Positions 46,501 through 61,400 of a DNA stretch of 64,000 nt are shown in pieces. The stretch covers positions 195,052,001 through 195,116,000 of the forward strand of contig OZ024741.1 of the NCBI GenBank assembly GCA_964016885.1. Reading direction: 5' to 3'. Both the position numbers and the translations under genes were made by a program. This stretch comes from Eledone cirrhosa. Taxonomy: Eukaryota. The notes beneath the pieces are model-generated. The model saw only the letters and a list, made by a program, of their open reading frames with translations, was not told where the DNA came from and made no database searches. Each line of letters begins with the position of its first letter. The first letter of the stretch is position 1.

Positions 46501-49500
46501 GCTGCCTATGTTATATATTGTATGTTGACTATGTTATATATTGTATGTGGCCTAAGTTATATATTGTATGCTTCCTATGTTATACATTGTATGTGGCCTA
46601 TGTTATATATTGTATGTGGCCTATGTTATATATTGTATGCGGCATATGTTATATATTGTATGCTGCCTATGTTATATATTGTATGTGGCCTATGTTATAT
46701 ATTGTATGCTGCCTATTTTATATATTGTATGCGGCCTATGTTATATATTGTATGCTACCTATGTTATATATTGTATACTCCCTATGTTATATATATACTG
46801 TATGCTGCCTATGTTATATATTGTATGTTGCCTATGTTATATATTGTATGCTGCCTATGTTATATATTGTATGCTGCCTATGTTATATATTGTATGTGGC
46901 CTAATATATATCGTATGGTGCTTATGTTATATATTTTAAGTGGCCTATGGTATATATTGTATGTGGCCTATGTTATATATTGTATGCTGCCTATGTTATA
47001 TATTGTATTTGGCCTATGTTATATATTGTATGCTGCCTATGTTATATACTGTATGTGGCCTATATTATATATTGTATGTGGCCTATGTTATATATTGTAT
47101 GCGGTATATGTTATATATTGTATGTGGCCTATGTTATATATTTTATGAGGCCTATGTTATATATTGTATGCTGCCTATGTTATATATTGTATGTGGCCTA
47201 TGTTATATATTGTATGCTGCCTATGTTATATTGTATTTGATCTATTTTATATATTGTATGCTGCCCATGTTATATATTATATGTGCCATATGTTTTATAT
47301 TGTATGCGGCATATGTTATATATTGTATGCTGCCTATGTTATATATTGTATGTGGCCTATATTATATATTGTATGCGGCATATATTATATATTGTATACT
47401 GCCTATGTTATATGTTGTATGTGGCCTATGTTATATATTGTATGCTGCCTATGTTATATATTGTTAGTGGCCTATGTTATATATTGTATGCTGCCTATGT
47501 TATATATTGTATGTGGCCTATGATATATATTGTATGCTGCCTATGTTATATATTGTATTTGGCCTATGTTATATATTGTATGCTGCCTATGTTATATATT
47601 GTATATGGCCTATATTATATTTTGTATGCTGCCTATGTTATTTATTGTTAGTGGCCCATGTTATATTTTGTATGCTGTCTATGTTATATATTGTATGTGG
47701 CCTATGCTATATATTGTATGCTGCCTACGTTATATATTGTATATGGCTTATGTTATATATTGCATGCGGCATATGTTATATATTGTACGCTGCCTATGTT
47801 ATATAAGGTATGCTGCCTATGTTATATATTGTATGTGGCCTGTGTTATATACTCTATGTGGCCTGTGTTATATTCTGTATGTGGCCTATGTTATATATTG
47901 TATGTTGCCTATGTTCTATATTGTATGTGGCCTATGTTACATATTGTAGGTGGCCTATGTTACATATTGTATGTTGCCTATGTTATATATTGTATGTGGC
48001 CTATGTTATATATTGTATGCTGCCTATGTTATATATTGTATGTGGCCTATGTTATATATTGTATGCTGCCTATGTTATATTTTGTTAGTGGCGTACGTTA
48101 TATATTGTATGTTGCCTATATTATATAATGTTTGTGGCCTATGTTATATATTGTGTGCTGTCTCTATTATATATTGTATGTGACGTATTTTATATATTGT
48201 AGGTGGCCTATAATATATATTGCATGCTACCTATGTTATATATTGTATATTGCCTATGTTATACATTGTATGTGGCCTATACTATATATTGTCTGCTGCC
48301 TATGTTATATATTGTATGTTGACTATGTTATATATTGTATGTGGCCTAAGTTATATATTGTATGCTGCCTATGTTATACATTGTATGTGGCCTATGTTAT
48401 ATATTGTATGTGGCCTATGTTATATATTGTATGCGGCATATGTTATATATTGTATGCTGCCTATGTTATATATTGTATGTGGCCTATGTTATATATTGTA
48501 TGCTGCCTATTTTATATATTGTATGCGGCCTATGTTATATATTGTATGCTACCTATGTTATATATTGTATACTCCCTATGTTATATATATACTGTATGCT
48601 GCCTATGTTATATATTGTATGTTGCCTATGTTATATATTGTATGCTGCCTATGTTATATATTGTATGCTGCCTATGTTATATATTGTATGTGGCCTAATA
48701 TATATCATATGGGGCTTATGTTATATATTTTAAGTGGCCTATGGTATATATTGTATGTGGCCTATGTTATATATTGTATGCTGCCTATGTTATATATTGT
48801 ATGTGGCCTATATTATATATTGTATGTGGCCTATGTTATATATTGTATGCGGTATATGTTATATATTGTATGTGGCCTATGTTATATATTTTATGAGGCC
48901 TATGTTATATATTGTATGCTGCCTATGTTATATATTGTATGTGGCCTATGTTATATATTGTATGCTGCCTATGTTATATTGTATGTGATCTATTTTATAT
49001 ATTGTATGCTGCCCATGTTATATATTATATGTGCCATATGTTTTATATTGTATGCGGCATATGTTATATATTGTATGCTGCCTATGTTATATATTGTATG
49101 TGGCCTATATTATATATTGTATGCGGCATATGTTATATATTGTATACTGCCTATGTTATATATTGTATGTGGCCTATGTTATATATTGTATGCTGCCTAT
49201 GTTATATATTGTTAGTGGCCTATGTTATATATTGTATGCTGCCTATGTTATATATTGTATGTGGCCTATGATATATATTGTATGCTGCCTATGTTATATA
49301 TTGTATTTGGCCTATGTTATATATTGTATGCTGCCTATGTTATATATTGTATATGGCCTATATTATATTTTGTATGCTGCCTATGTTATTTATTGTCAGT
49401 GGCCCATGTTATATTTTGTATGCTGCCTATGTTATATATTGTATGTGGCCTATGCTATATATTGTATGCTGCCTACGTTATATATTGTATATGGCTTATG

Positions 49501-52500
49501 TTATATATTGCATGCGGCATATGTTATATATTGTACGCTGCCTATGTTATATAAGGTATGCTGCCTATGTTATATATTGTATGTGGCCTGTGTTATATAC
49601 TCTATGTGGCCTGTGTTATATTCTGTATGTGGCCTTGTTACATATTGTATGTTGCCTATGTTCTATATTGTATGTGGCCTATGTTACATATTGTATGTGG
49701 CCTATGTTACATATTGTATGTTGCCTATGTTATATATTGTATGTGGCCTATGTTATATATTGTATGCTGCCTATGTTATATATTGTATGTGGCCTATGTT
49801 ATATATTGTATGCTGCCTATATTATATAATGTTTGTGGCCTATGTTATATATTGTGTGCTGTCTCTATTATATATTGTATGTGACGTATTTTATATATTG
49901 TAGGTGGCCTATAATATATATTGCATGCTACCTATGTTATATATTGTATATTGCCTATGTTATACATTGTATGTGGCCTATGCTATATATTGTCTGCTGC
50001 CTATGTTATATATTGTATGTTGACTATGTTATATATTGTATGTGGCCTAAGTTATATATTGTATGCTGCCTATGTTATACGTTGTATGTGGCCTATGTTA
50101 TATATTGTATGTGGCCTATGTTATATATTGTATGCGGCATATGTTATATATTGTATTCTGCCTATGTTATATATTGTATGTGGCCTATGTTATATTTTGT
50201 ATGTGGCCTATTTTATATATTGAATGCTGCTCATGATATATATTGTATGTGACCTATGTTATATATTGTATGCTGCTTATGTTATATATTGTTAGTGACC
50301 TATGTTATATATTGTATGCTGCCTATGTTATATATTGTATGTGGACTATGTTATATATTGTATGCTGCCTATGTTATATATTGTATATGGCCTATGTTAT
50401 ATATTGTATGCTGCCTATTTTATATTGTTATATATTGTATGTGGCCTATGTTAGATATTCTATGCGGCCTATGTTATATATTGTATGTGGCCTATGTTAT
50501 ATATTGTATGTGGCCTATGTTATATATTGTTAGTGGCCTATGTTATATATTGTATGCTGCCTATTTTATATATTGTATGTGGCCTATGTTATATATTGTA
50601 TGCTGCCTACGTTATATATTGTATATGGCCTATGTTATATATTGTATGCGGCATATGTTATATATTCTACGCTGCCTATGTTATATATTGTAAGCTATCT
50701 ATGTTATATATTGTATGTAGCCTATGTTATATATTGTATGCTGCCTATGTTATATATTGTATGTGGCCTATGTTATATATTGTATGCTGCCTATATTATA
50801 TATTGTATGCTGCCTATGTTATATATTGTATGCTGCCTACGCTATATATTGTATGCTGCCTATGTAATATATTGTATGTGGCCTATGTTATATACTCTAT
50901 GTGGCCTGTGTTATATTCTGTATGTGGCCTATGTTATATATTGTATGTTGCCTATGTTCTATATTGTATGCGGTATATGTTATATATTGTATGTGGCATA
51001 TGTTAAATATTGTATGTTGCTTATGTTATATATTGTATGTGGCCTACGTTATATATTGTATGTTGCTTATGTTATATATTGTATGTGGCCTACGTTATAT
51101 ATTGTATGTGGCCTATGTTATATGTTGTTTGTCGGCTATGCTATATATTGTATGCTGCCTATGTTATATTTTGTATTCGGCCTATGTTATATATTGTATG
51201 TGGCCTATGTTATATATTGTATGTGGCCTATCTTATATATTGTATGCTGCCTATGTTATATATTGTATGTGGCCTATATTATATATTGTATGCTGCCTAC
51301 GTTATATATTGTTAGTGGCCTATGTTATATATATTGTATGCTGCCTATGTTATATATTGTATGTGGCCTATGTTATATATTGTATGCTGCCTACGTTATA
51401 TATTGTATATGGCCTATGTTATATATTGTATGCGGTACATGTTATATATTGTACGCTGCCTATGTTATATAATGTATGCTGCCTATGTTATATATTGTAT
51501 GTAGCATATGTTATATATTGTATGCTGCCTATGTTATATTTTGTATGCGGCCTAAATTATATATTGCTTGCTGCCTATGTTATATATTGTATGTGGCCTA
51601 TGTTATATATTGTATGCTGCCTACGCTATATATTGTATGCTGCCTATGTTATATATTGTATGTGGCCTATGTTATATATTGTATATGGCCTATGTTATAT
51701 ATTGTATGCGGCATAGTTTATATATTGTACGCTGCCTATGTTATACATTGTATGTGGCCTATGTTATATATTGTATGTGGCCTATGTTATATACTCTATG
51801 TGGCCTGTGTTATATTTTGTATGTAGCGTATGTTACATATTGTATATGTCCTATGTTATATATTGTATGCTGCCTATGTTATATATTGTATGTGGCCTAT
51901 GTTATATATTTTATGCTGCCTATGTCATATATAGTATGTGGCCTACGTTATATATTGTATGCTGCCTATGTTATATATTGTATGTGGCCTATGTTATATA
52001 TTGTATGCTGCCTATGTTATATATGGTATTTGGCCTATGTTATATATTGTATGCTGCCTATGTTATATATTGTATATGGCCTATATTATATTTTGTATGC
52101 TGCCTATGTTATTTATTGTTAGTGGCCCATGTTATATTTTGTATGCTGCCTATGTTATATATTGTATGTGGCCTATGCTATATATTGTATGCTGCCTACG
52201 TTATATATTGTATATGGCTTATGTTATATATTGCATGCGGCATGTGTTATATATTGTACGCTGCCTATGTCATATAAGGTATGCTGCCTATGTTATATAT
52301 TGTATGTGGCCTGTGTTATATACTCTATGTGGCCTGTGTTATATTCTGTATGTGGCCTATGTTATATATTGTATGTTGCCTATGTTCTATATTGTATGTG
52401 GCCTATGTTACATATTGTATGTGGCCTATGTTACATATTGTATGTTGCCTATGTTATATATTGTATGTGGCCTATGTTATATATTGTATGCGGCCTATGT

Positions 52501-55500
52501 TATATATTGTATGTGGCCGATCTTATATATTGTATGCTGCCTATGTTATATTTTGTTAGTGGCGTACGTTATATATTGTATGCTGCCTATATTATATAAT
52601 GTTTGTGGCCTATGTTATATATTGTGTGCTGTCTCTATTATATATTGTATGTGACGTATTTTATATATTGTAGGTGGCCTATAATATATATTGCGTGCTA
52701 CCTATGTTATATATTGTATATTGCCTATGTTATACATTGTATGTGGCCTATGCTATTTATTGTCTGCTGCCTATGTTATATATTGTATGTTGACTATGTT
52801 ATATATTGTATGTGGCCTAAGTTATATATTGTATGCTTCCTATGTTATACATTGTATGTGGCCTATGTTATATATTGTATGTGGCCTATGTTATATATTG
52901 TATGCGGCATATGTTATATATTGTATGCTGCCTATGTTATATATTGTATGTGGCCTATGTTATATATTGTATGCTGCCTATGTTATATATTGGATGTGGC
53001 CTATATTATATATTGTATGCTGCCTATGTTATATATTGTATTTGGCCTACGTTATATATTGTATGCTGCCTATGTTATATATTGGATGTGGCCTATATTA
53101 TATATTGTATGTGGCCTATATTATATATTGTATGCTGCCTATGTTATATATTGTATTTGGCCTATGTTATATATTGTATGCTGCCTATGTTATATATTGG
53201 ATGTGGCCTATATTATATATTGTATGCTGCCTATGTTATATATTGTATGCTGCCTATGTTATATATTGTATGTGGCCTAATATATATCGTATGGTGCTTA
53301 TGTTATATATTTTATGTGGCCTATGGTATATATTGTATGTGGCCTATGTTATATATTGTATGCTGCCTATGTTATATATTGTATTTGGCCTATATTATAT
53401 ATTGTATGTGGCCTATTTTATATATTGTATGCGGTATATGTTATATATTGTATGTGGCCTATGTTATATATTTTATGAGGCCTATGTTATATATTGTATT
53501 TTGCCTATGTTATATATTGTATGTGGCCTATGTTATATATTGTATGATGCCTATGTTATATTGTATGTGATCTATTTTATATATTGTATGCTGCCCATGT
53601 TATATATTATATGTGCCATATGTTTTATATTGTATGCGGCATATGTTATATATTGTATGCTGCCTATGTTATATATTGTATGTGGCCTATATTATATATT
53701 GTATGCGGCATATGTTATATATTGTATACTGCCTATGTTATATGTTGTATGTGGCCTATGTTATATATTGTATGCTGCCTATGTTATATATTGTTAGTGG
53801 CCTATGTTATATATTGTATGCTGCCTATGTTATATATTGTATATGGCCTATGATATATATTGTATGCTGCCTATGTTATATATTGTATTTGGCCTATGTT
53901 ATATATTGTATGCTGCCTATGTTATATATTGTATATGGCCTATATTATATTTTGTATGCTGCCTATGTTATTTATTGTTAGTGGCCCATGTTATATTTTG
54001 TATGCTGTCTATGTTATATATTGTATGTGGCCTATGCTATATATTGTATGCTGCCTACGTTATATATTGTATATGGCTTATGTTATATATTGCATGCGGC
54101 ATATGTTATATATTGTACGCTGCCTATGTTATATAAGGTATGCTGCCTTTGTTATATATTGTATGTTGCCTATGTTATATATTGTATGCGGTATATGTTA
54201 TATATTGTATGTGGCCTATGTTATATATTGTATGTTGCCTATGTTCTATATTGTATGTGGCCTATGTTACATATTGTAGGTGGCCTATGTTACATATTGT
54301 ATGTTGCCTATGTTATATATTGTATGTGGCCTATGTTATATATTGTATGCTGCCTATGTTATATATTGTATGTGGCCTATGTTATATATTGTATGCTGCC
54401 TATGTTATATTTTGTTAGTGGCGTACGTTATATATTGTATGTTGCCTATATTATATAATGTTTGTGGCCTATGTTATATATTGTGTGCTGTCTCCATTAT
54501 ATATTGTATGTGACGTATTTTATATATTGTAGGTGGCCTATAATATATATTGCATGCTACCTATGTTATATATTGTATATTGCCTATGTTATACATTGTA
54601 TGTGGCCTATGCTATATATTGTCTGCTGCCTATGTTATATATTGTATGTTGACTATGTTATATATTGTATGTGGCCTAAGTTATATATTGTATGCTGCCT
54701 ATGTTATACATTGTATGTGGCCTATGTTATATATTGTATGTGGCCTATGTTATATATTGTATGCGGCATATGTTATATATTGTATGCTGCCTATGTTATA
54801 TATTGTATGTGGCCTATGTTATATATTGTATGCTGCCTATTTTATATATTGTATGCGGCCTATGTTATATATTGTATGCTACCTATGTTATATATTGTAT
54901 ACTCCCTATGTTATATATATACTGTATGCTGCCTATGTTATATATTGTATGTTGCCTATGTTATATATTGTATGCTGCCTACGTTATATATTGTATGCTG
55001 CCTATGTTATATATTGTATGTGGCCTATGTTATATATTGTATACTGCCTATGTTATATATTGTATGCGGCCTATGTTATACATTGTACGCTGCCTATGTT
55101 ATATATTGTATGTAGCCTATGTTATATATTGTATGCTGCCTATGTTATATTTTGTATGCGGACTAAATTATATATTGCGTGCTGCCTATGTTATATATTG
55201 TGTGTGGCCTATGTTATATATGGTATGCTGCCTACGCTATATATTGTATGCTGCCTATGTTATATATTGTATTCTGCCTATGTTATATTTTGTATGCGGC
55301 CTAAATTATATATTGCGTGCTGCCTATGTTATATATTGTATGTGGCCTATGTTATATATCGTATGCTGCCTACGCTATATATTGTATGCTGCCTATGTTA
55401 TATATTGTATGTGGTCTATGTTATATACTCTATGTGGCTTGTGTTATATTTTGTATGTGGCCCATGTTATATATTGTATGTTGCCTATGTTATATATTGT

Positions 55501-58480
55501 ATGCGGTATATGTTATATATTGTATGTGGCCTATGTTATATATTGTATGTGGCCTATGTTATATATTGTATGCTACCTATGTTATATATTGTATGTGGCC
55601 TATGTCATATATTGTATGTTGCCTATGTTATATATTGTATGTGGCCTATGTTATATATTGTATGCTGCCTATGTTATATATTGTATGTGGCCTATGTTAT
55701 ATATTGTATGCTGCCTATGTTATATTTTGTTAGTGGCGTACGTTATATATTGTATGTTGCCTATATTATATAATGTTTGTGGCCTATGTTATATATTGTG
55801 TGCTGTCTCTATTATATATTGTATGTGACGTATTTTATATATTGTAGGTGGCCTATAATATATATTGCATGCTACCTATGTTATATAGTGTATATGGCCT
55901 ATGTTATATATTGTATGCGGCATATTTTATATATTGTACGCTGCCTATATTATATAATGTATGCTGCCTATGTTTTATATTGAATGTGGCCTATAATGTT
56001 ATATACTCTATGTGGCCTGTCTTATATTTTGTATGAGGCCTATGTTATATATTGTATGTGGCCTATGTTATATATTGTATGCTGCCTATGTTATATATTG
56101 TATGCGGCCTATGTTATATGTTGTATGCTGCCTATGTTATATATTGTATGTGGCCTATGTTATATATTGTATGTTGCCTATGTTATATATTGTATTTGGG
56201 CTATGTTATATATTGTATGCTGCCTATGTTATATATTGTATATGGCCTATATTATATTTTGTATGCTGCCTATGTTATTTATTGTTAGTGGCCCATGTTA
56301 TATTTTGTATGCTGTGTATGTTATATATTGTATGTGGCCTATGCTATATATTGTATGCTGCCTACGTTATATATTGTATATGGCTTATGTTATATATTGC
56401 ATGCGGCATATGTTATATATTGTACGCTGCCTATGTTATATAAGGTATGCTGCCTATGTTATATATTGTATGTTGCCTATGTTATATATTGTATGCGGTA
56501 TATGTTATATATTGTATGTGGCCTATGTTATATATTTATGTTGCCTATGTTCTATATTGTATGTGGCCTATGTTACATATTGTAGGTGGCCTATGTTACA
56601 TATTGTATGTTGCCTATGTTATATATTGTATGTGGCCTATGTTATATATTGTATGCTGCCTATGTTATATATTGTATGTGGCCTATGTTATATATTGTAT
56701 GCTGCCTATGTTATATTTTGTTAGTGGCGTACGTTATATATTGTATGTTGCCTATATTATATAATGTTTGTGGCCTATGTTATATATTGTGTGCTGTCTC
56801 TATTATATATTGTATGTGACGTATTTTATATATTGTAGGTGGCCTATAATATATATTGCATGCTACCTATGTTATATATTGTATATTGCCTATGTTATAC
56901 ATTGTATGTGGCCTATGCTATATATTGTCTGCTGCCTATGTTATATATTGTATGTTGACTATGTTATATATTGTATGTGGCCTAAGTTATATATTGTATG
57001 CTGCCTATGTTATACATTGTATGTGGCCTATGTTATATATTGTATGTGGCCTATGTTATATATTGTATGCGGCATATGTTATATATTGTATGCTGCCTAT
57101 GTTATATATTGTATGTGGCCTATGTTATATATTGTATGCTGCCTATTTTATATATTGTATGCGGCCTATGTTATATATTGTATGCTACCTATGTTATATA
57201 TTGTATACTCCCTATGTTATATATATACTGTATGCTGCCTATGTTATATATTGTATGTTGCCTATGTTATATATTGTATGCTGCCTACGTTATATATTGT
57301 ATGCTGCCTATGTTATATATTGTATGTGGCCTATGTTATATATTGTATACTGCCTATGTTATATATTGTATGCGGCCTATGTTATACATTGTACGCTGCC
57401 TATGTTATATATTGTATGTAGCCTATGTTATATATTGTATGCTGCCTATGTTATATTTTGTATGCGGACTAAATTATATATTGCGTGCTGCCTATGTTTT
57501 ATATTGTGTGTGGCCTATGTTATATATGGTATGCTGCCTACGCTATATATTGTATGCTGCCTATGTTATATATTGTATTCTGCCTATGTTATATTTTGTA
57601 TGCGGCCTAAATTATATATTGCGTGCTGCCTATGTTATATATTGTATGTGGCCTATGTTATATATCGTATGCTGCCTACGCTATATATTGTATGCTGCCT
57701 ATGTTATATATTGTATGTGGTCTATGTTATAAACTCTATGTGGCTTGTGTTATATTTTGTATGTGGCCCATGTTATATATTGTATGTTGCCTATGTTATA
57801 TATTGTATGCGGTATATGTTATATATTGTATGTGGCCTATGTTATATATTTATGTTGCCTATGTTCTATATTGTATGTGGCCTATGTTACATATTGTAGG
57901 TGGCCTATGTTACATATTGTATGTTGCCTATGTTATATATTGTATGTGGCCTATGTTATATATTGTATGCTGCCTATGTTATATATTGTATGTGGCCTAT
58001 GTTATATATTGTATGCTGCCTATGTTATATTTTGTTAGTGGCGTACGTTATATATTGTATGTTGCCTATATTATATAATGTTTGTGGCCTATGTTATATA
58101 TTGTGTGCTGTCTCTATTATATATTGTATGTGACGTATTTTATATATTGTAGGTGGCCTATAATATATATTGCATGCTACCTATGTTATATAGTGTATAT
58201 GGCCTATGTTATATATTGTATGCGGCATATTTTATATATTGTACGCTGCCTATATTATATAATGTATGCTGCCTATGTTTTATATTGAATGTGGCCTATA
58301 ATGTTATATACTCTATGTGGCCTGTCTTATATTTTGTATGAGGCCTATGTTATATATTGTATGTGGCCTATGTTATATATTGTATGCTGCCTATGTTATA
58401 TATTGTAGGCGGCCTATGTTATATGTTGTATGCTGCCTATGTTATATATTGTATGTGGCCTATGTTATATATTGTATGCT
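40570..58480 (+). repeat. Young higher-order domain built from four shuffled multi-monomer modules (basic period ~1.7-1.85 kb), ending in a ~2306-bp tandem duplication (~53870-56170 vs ~56180-58480)
   Basis: ORFs beginning MWPMLYIVCCLYYILYVTYFIYCRWPIIYIACYL (or single-residue variants) start at 41970, 42844, 44521, 46338, 48132, 49833, 52603, 54462, 55777, 56768 and 58082. Spacings include 874, 1817, 1794, 2551 and 2306. Confidence 0.9.
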
Positions 58481-61400
58481 GCCTATGTTATATATTGTAT
58501 GTGGCCTATATTATATATTGTATTCTGCCTATGTTATATATTGTTAGTGGACTATGTTATATATTGTATGCTGCCTAAGTTATGTATTGTATGTCGCCTA
58601 TGTTTTATATTGTATGCTGCCTACGTTATATATTGTATATGGCCTATCATATATATTGTATGCGGCATATGTTATATATTGTACGCTGCGTATGTCATAT
58701 AATGTATGCTGCCTATGTTATATATTGTATGCTGCCTATGTTATATTTTTTATGCGGCCTAAATTATATATTGCGTGCTGCCTATGTTATATATTGTATG
58801 TGGCCTATTTATATACTGTATGCTGCCTACGCTATATATTGTATGCTGCTTATGTTATATATTTGATGCTGCCTATGTTATATATTGTATGTGGCCTATG
58901 TTATATATTGTAAGCTGCCTATGTTATATATTGTATGTGGCATATGTTATATATTGTATGTTGCCTATGTTATATATTGTATGTGGCCTATGTTATATAT
59001 TGTATGCTGCCTACGTTATACATTGTATATGGCCTATGTTATATATTGTATGCGGTATATGTTATATATTGTACGCTGCCTATGTTATGTAATGTATGCT
59101 GCCTATGTTATATATTGTATGTAGCCTAAATTATATATTGCGTGCTGCCTATGTTATTTATTGTATGTGGCCTGTGTTATATATTGTATGCTGCCTACGA
59201 TATATATTGTATGCTGCCTATGTTATATATTGTATGTGGCCTATGTTATATACCCTATGTGGCCTGTGTTATATTTTGTATGTGGCCTATGTTATATATT
59301 GTATGTGGCGTATGTTATATATTGTTTGCTGCCTATGTTATATATTGTATGCTGCCTACGTTATATTTTGTATATGGCCTATCTTATATATTGTATGCGG
59401 CATATGTTATATATTGTATGCTGCCTATGTTATATATTGTATGTGGCCTATGTTATATATTGTATGCGGTATATGTAATATATTGTATGTGGTCTATGTT
59501 ATATATTGTATGCGGCACATGTTATATATTGTATATTGCTTATATTATATATTGTATGCTGCCTATGTTATATATTGTATGTGGCCTATGTTATATATTG
59601 TATGCTGCCTACGTTATATATTGTATATGGCCTATGTTATATATTCTATGCGGTATATGTTATATATTGTATGCGGTATCTGTTATATATTGTACGCTGC
59701 CTATGTTATATAATGTATGCTGCCTATGTTATATATTGTATGTAGCCTATGCTATATATTGTATGCTGCCTATGTTATATTTTGTATGCGGCCTAAATTA
59801 TATATTGCGTGCTGCCTATGTTATATATAGTATGTGGCCTGTGTTATATATTGTATGCTGCCTACGCTATATATTGTATGCTGCCTATGTTATATATTGT
59901 ATGTGGCCTATTTTTTATACCCTATGTGGCCTGTGTTATATTTTGTATGTGGCCTATGTTATATATTGTATGTGGCCTATGTTATATATTGTATATGGCC
60001 TATCTTATATATTGTATGTGGCATATGTTATATATTGTATGCTGCCTATGTTATATATTGTATGTGGCCTATGTAATATATTGTATGCGGTATATGTAAT
60101 ATATTGTATGTTGTCTATGTTATATATTGTATGCGGCACATGTTATATATTGTATGTGGCCTATGTTATATATTGTATGTCTGCTATGCTATATATTGTA
60201 TGCTGCCTATGTTATATTTTGGATGCGGCCTTAATTATATATTGCGTGCTGCCTATGTTATATATTGTATGTGGCCAATGTAATACAATGTTTGCTGCCT
60301 ATGTAATACATTGTATGCTGCCTATGTTATATATTGTATGCTGCCTATGTTATATATTGTTTGTTGCCTGTTTTATAGATTATATGCTGTCTCTATTATA
60401 TATTGTATGTGACGTATTTTATATATTGTTGGTGGCCTATATTATATATTGCATGCTACCTCTGTTATGTATTGTATGTTGCCTATGTTATATATTGTAT
60501 GTGGCCTGTGCTATATATTGTCTGCTGCCTATGTTATATATTGTATGTTGACTATGTTATATATAGTATGTGGCCTATGTTATATATTGTATGCTACCTA
60601 TAATTATATATTGTATGTGGCCTATGTTATATATTGTATGAGGCCTATCTTATATATTGTATGCCGCATATGTTATATATTGTAAGATTGCCCATTTTAT
60701 ATTTTGTATGCGGTCTATGTTACATATTGTTTGCTGCCTATGTTATATATTGTATGTGGCCTATGTTCTATATTGTATGCTGCCTATGTTATATATATTG
60801 TTAGTGGACTATGTTATATATTGTATGCTGACTATGTTATAAATTGTATGCTACCTATGTTATATATTGTATGCTGCCTATGTTATATATTGTATGTGGC
60901 CTATGTTATTTGTTGTATGTGGCCTTTGTTATATACTGTATGCTGCCCATGTTATATATTGTGTGCTGCCTTTTTTATATATTGTATGTGGCCTATGTTA
61001 TATATTTTATGTGGCCTATGTTGTATATTGTATGCTGCCTATGCTATATATCGTATGCTGCCTATGTTATATATTCTATGTGGCCTATGCTATATATTGT
61101 ATGCTGCCTATGTTATATACTGTATGTGGCCTATGCTATATATTGTATGTGGCCTATGTTATATATCGTATGCCGCCTATGCTATATATTGTATGCTGCC
61201 TATATTATATTTTCTATGTGGCCTATGCTATATATTGTCTGCTGCCTATGTTATATATTGTATGCGGTATATGTCATATATTGTATGTTGACTATGTTAT
61301 ATATTGTATGTGGCCTATGTTATACATTGTATGCTGCCTATGTTATATATTGTTAGTGGCCTATGTTATATATTGTATGCTGCCTACGTTCTATATTGTA

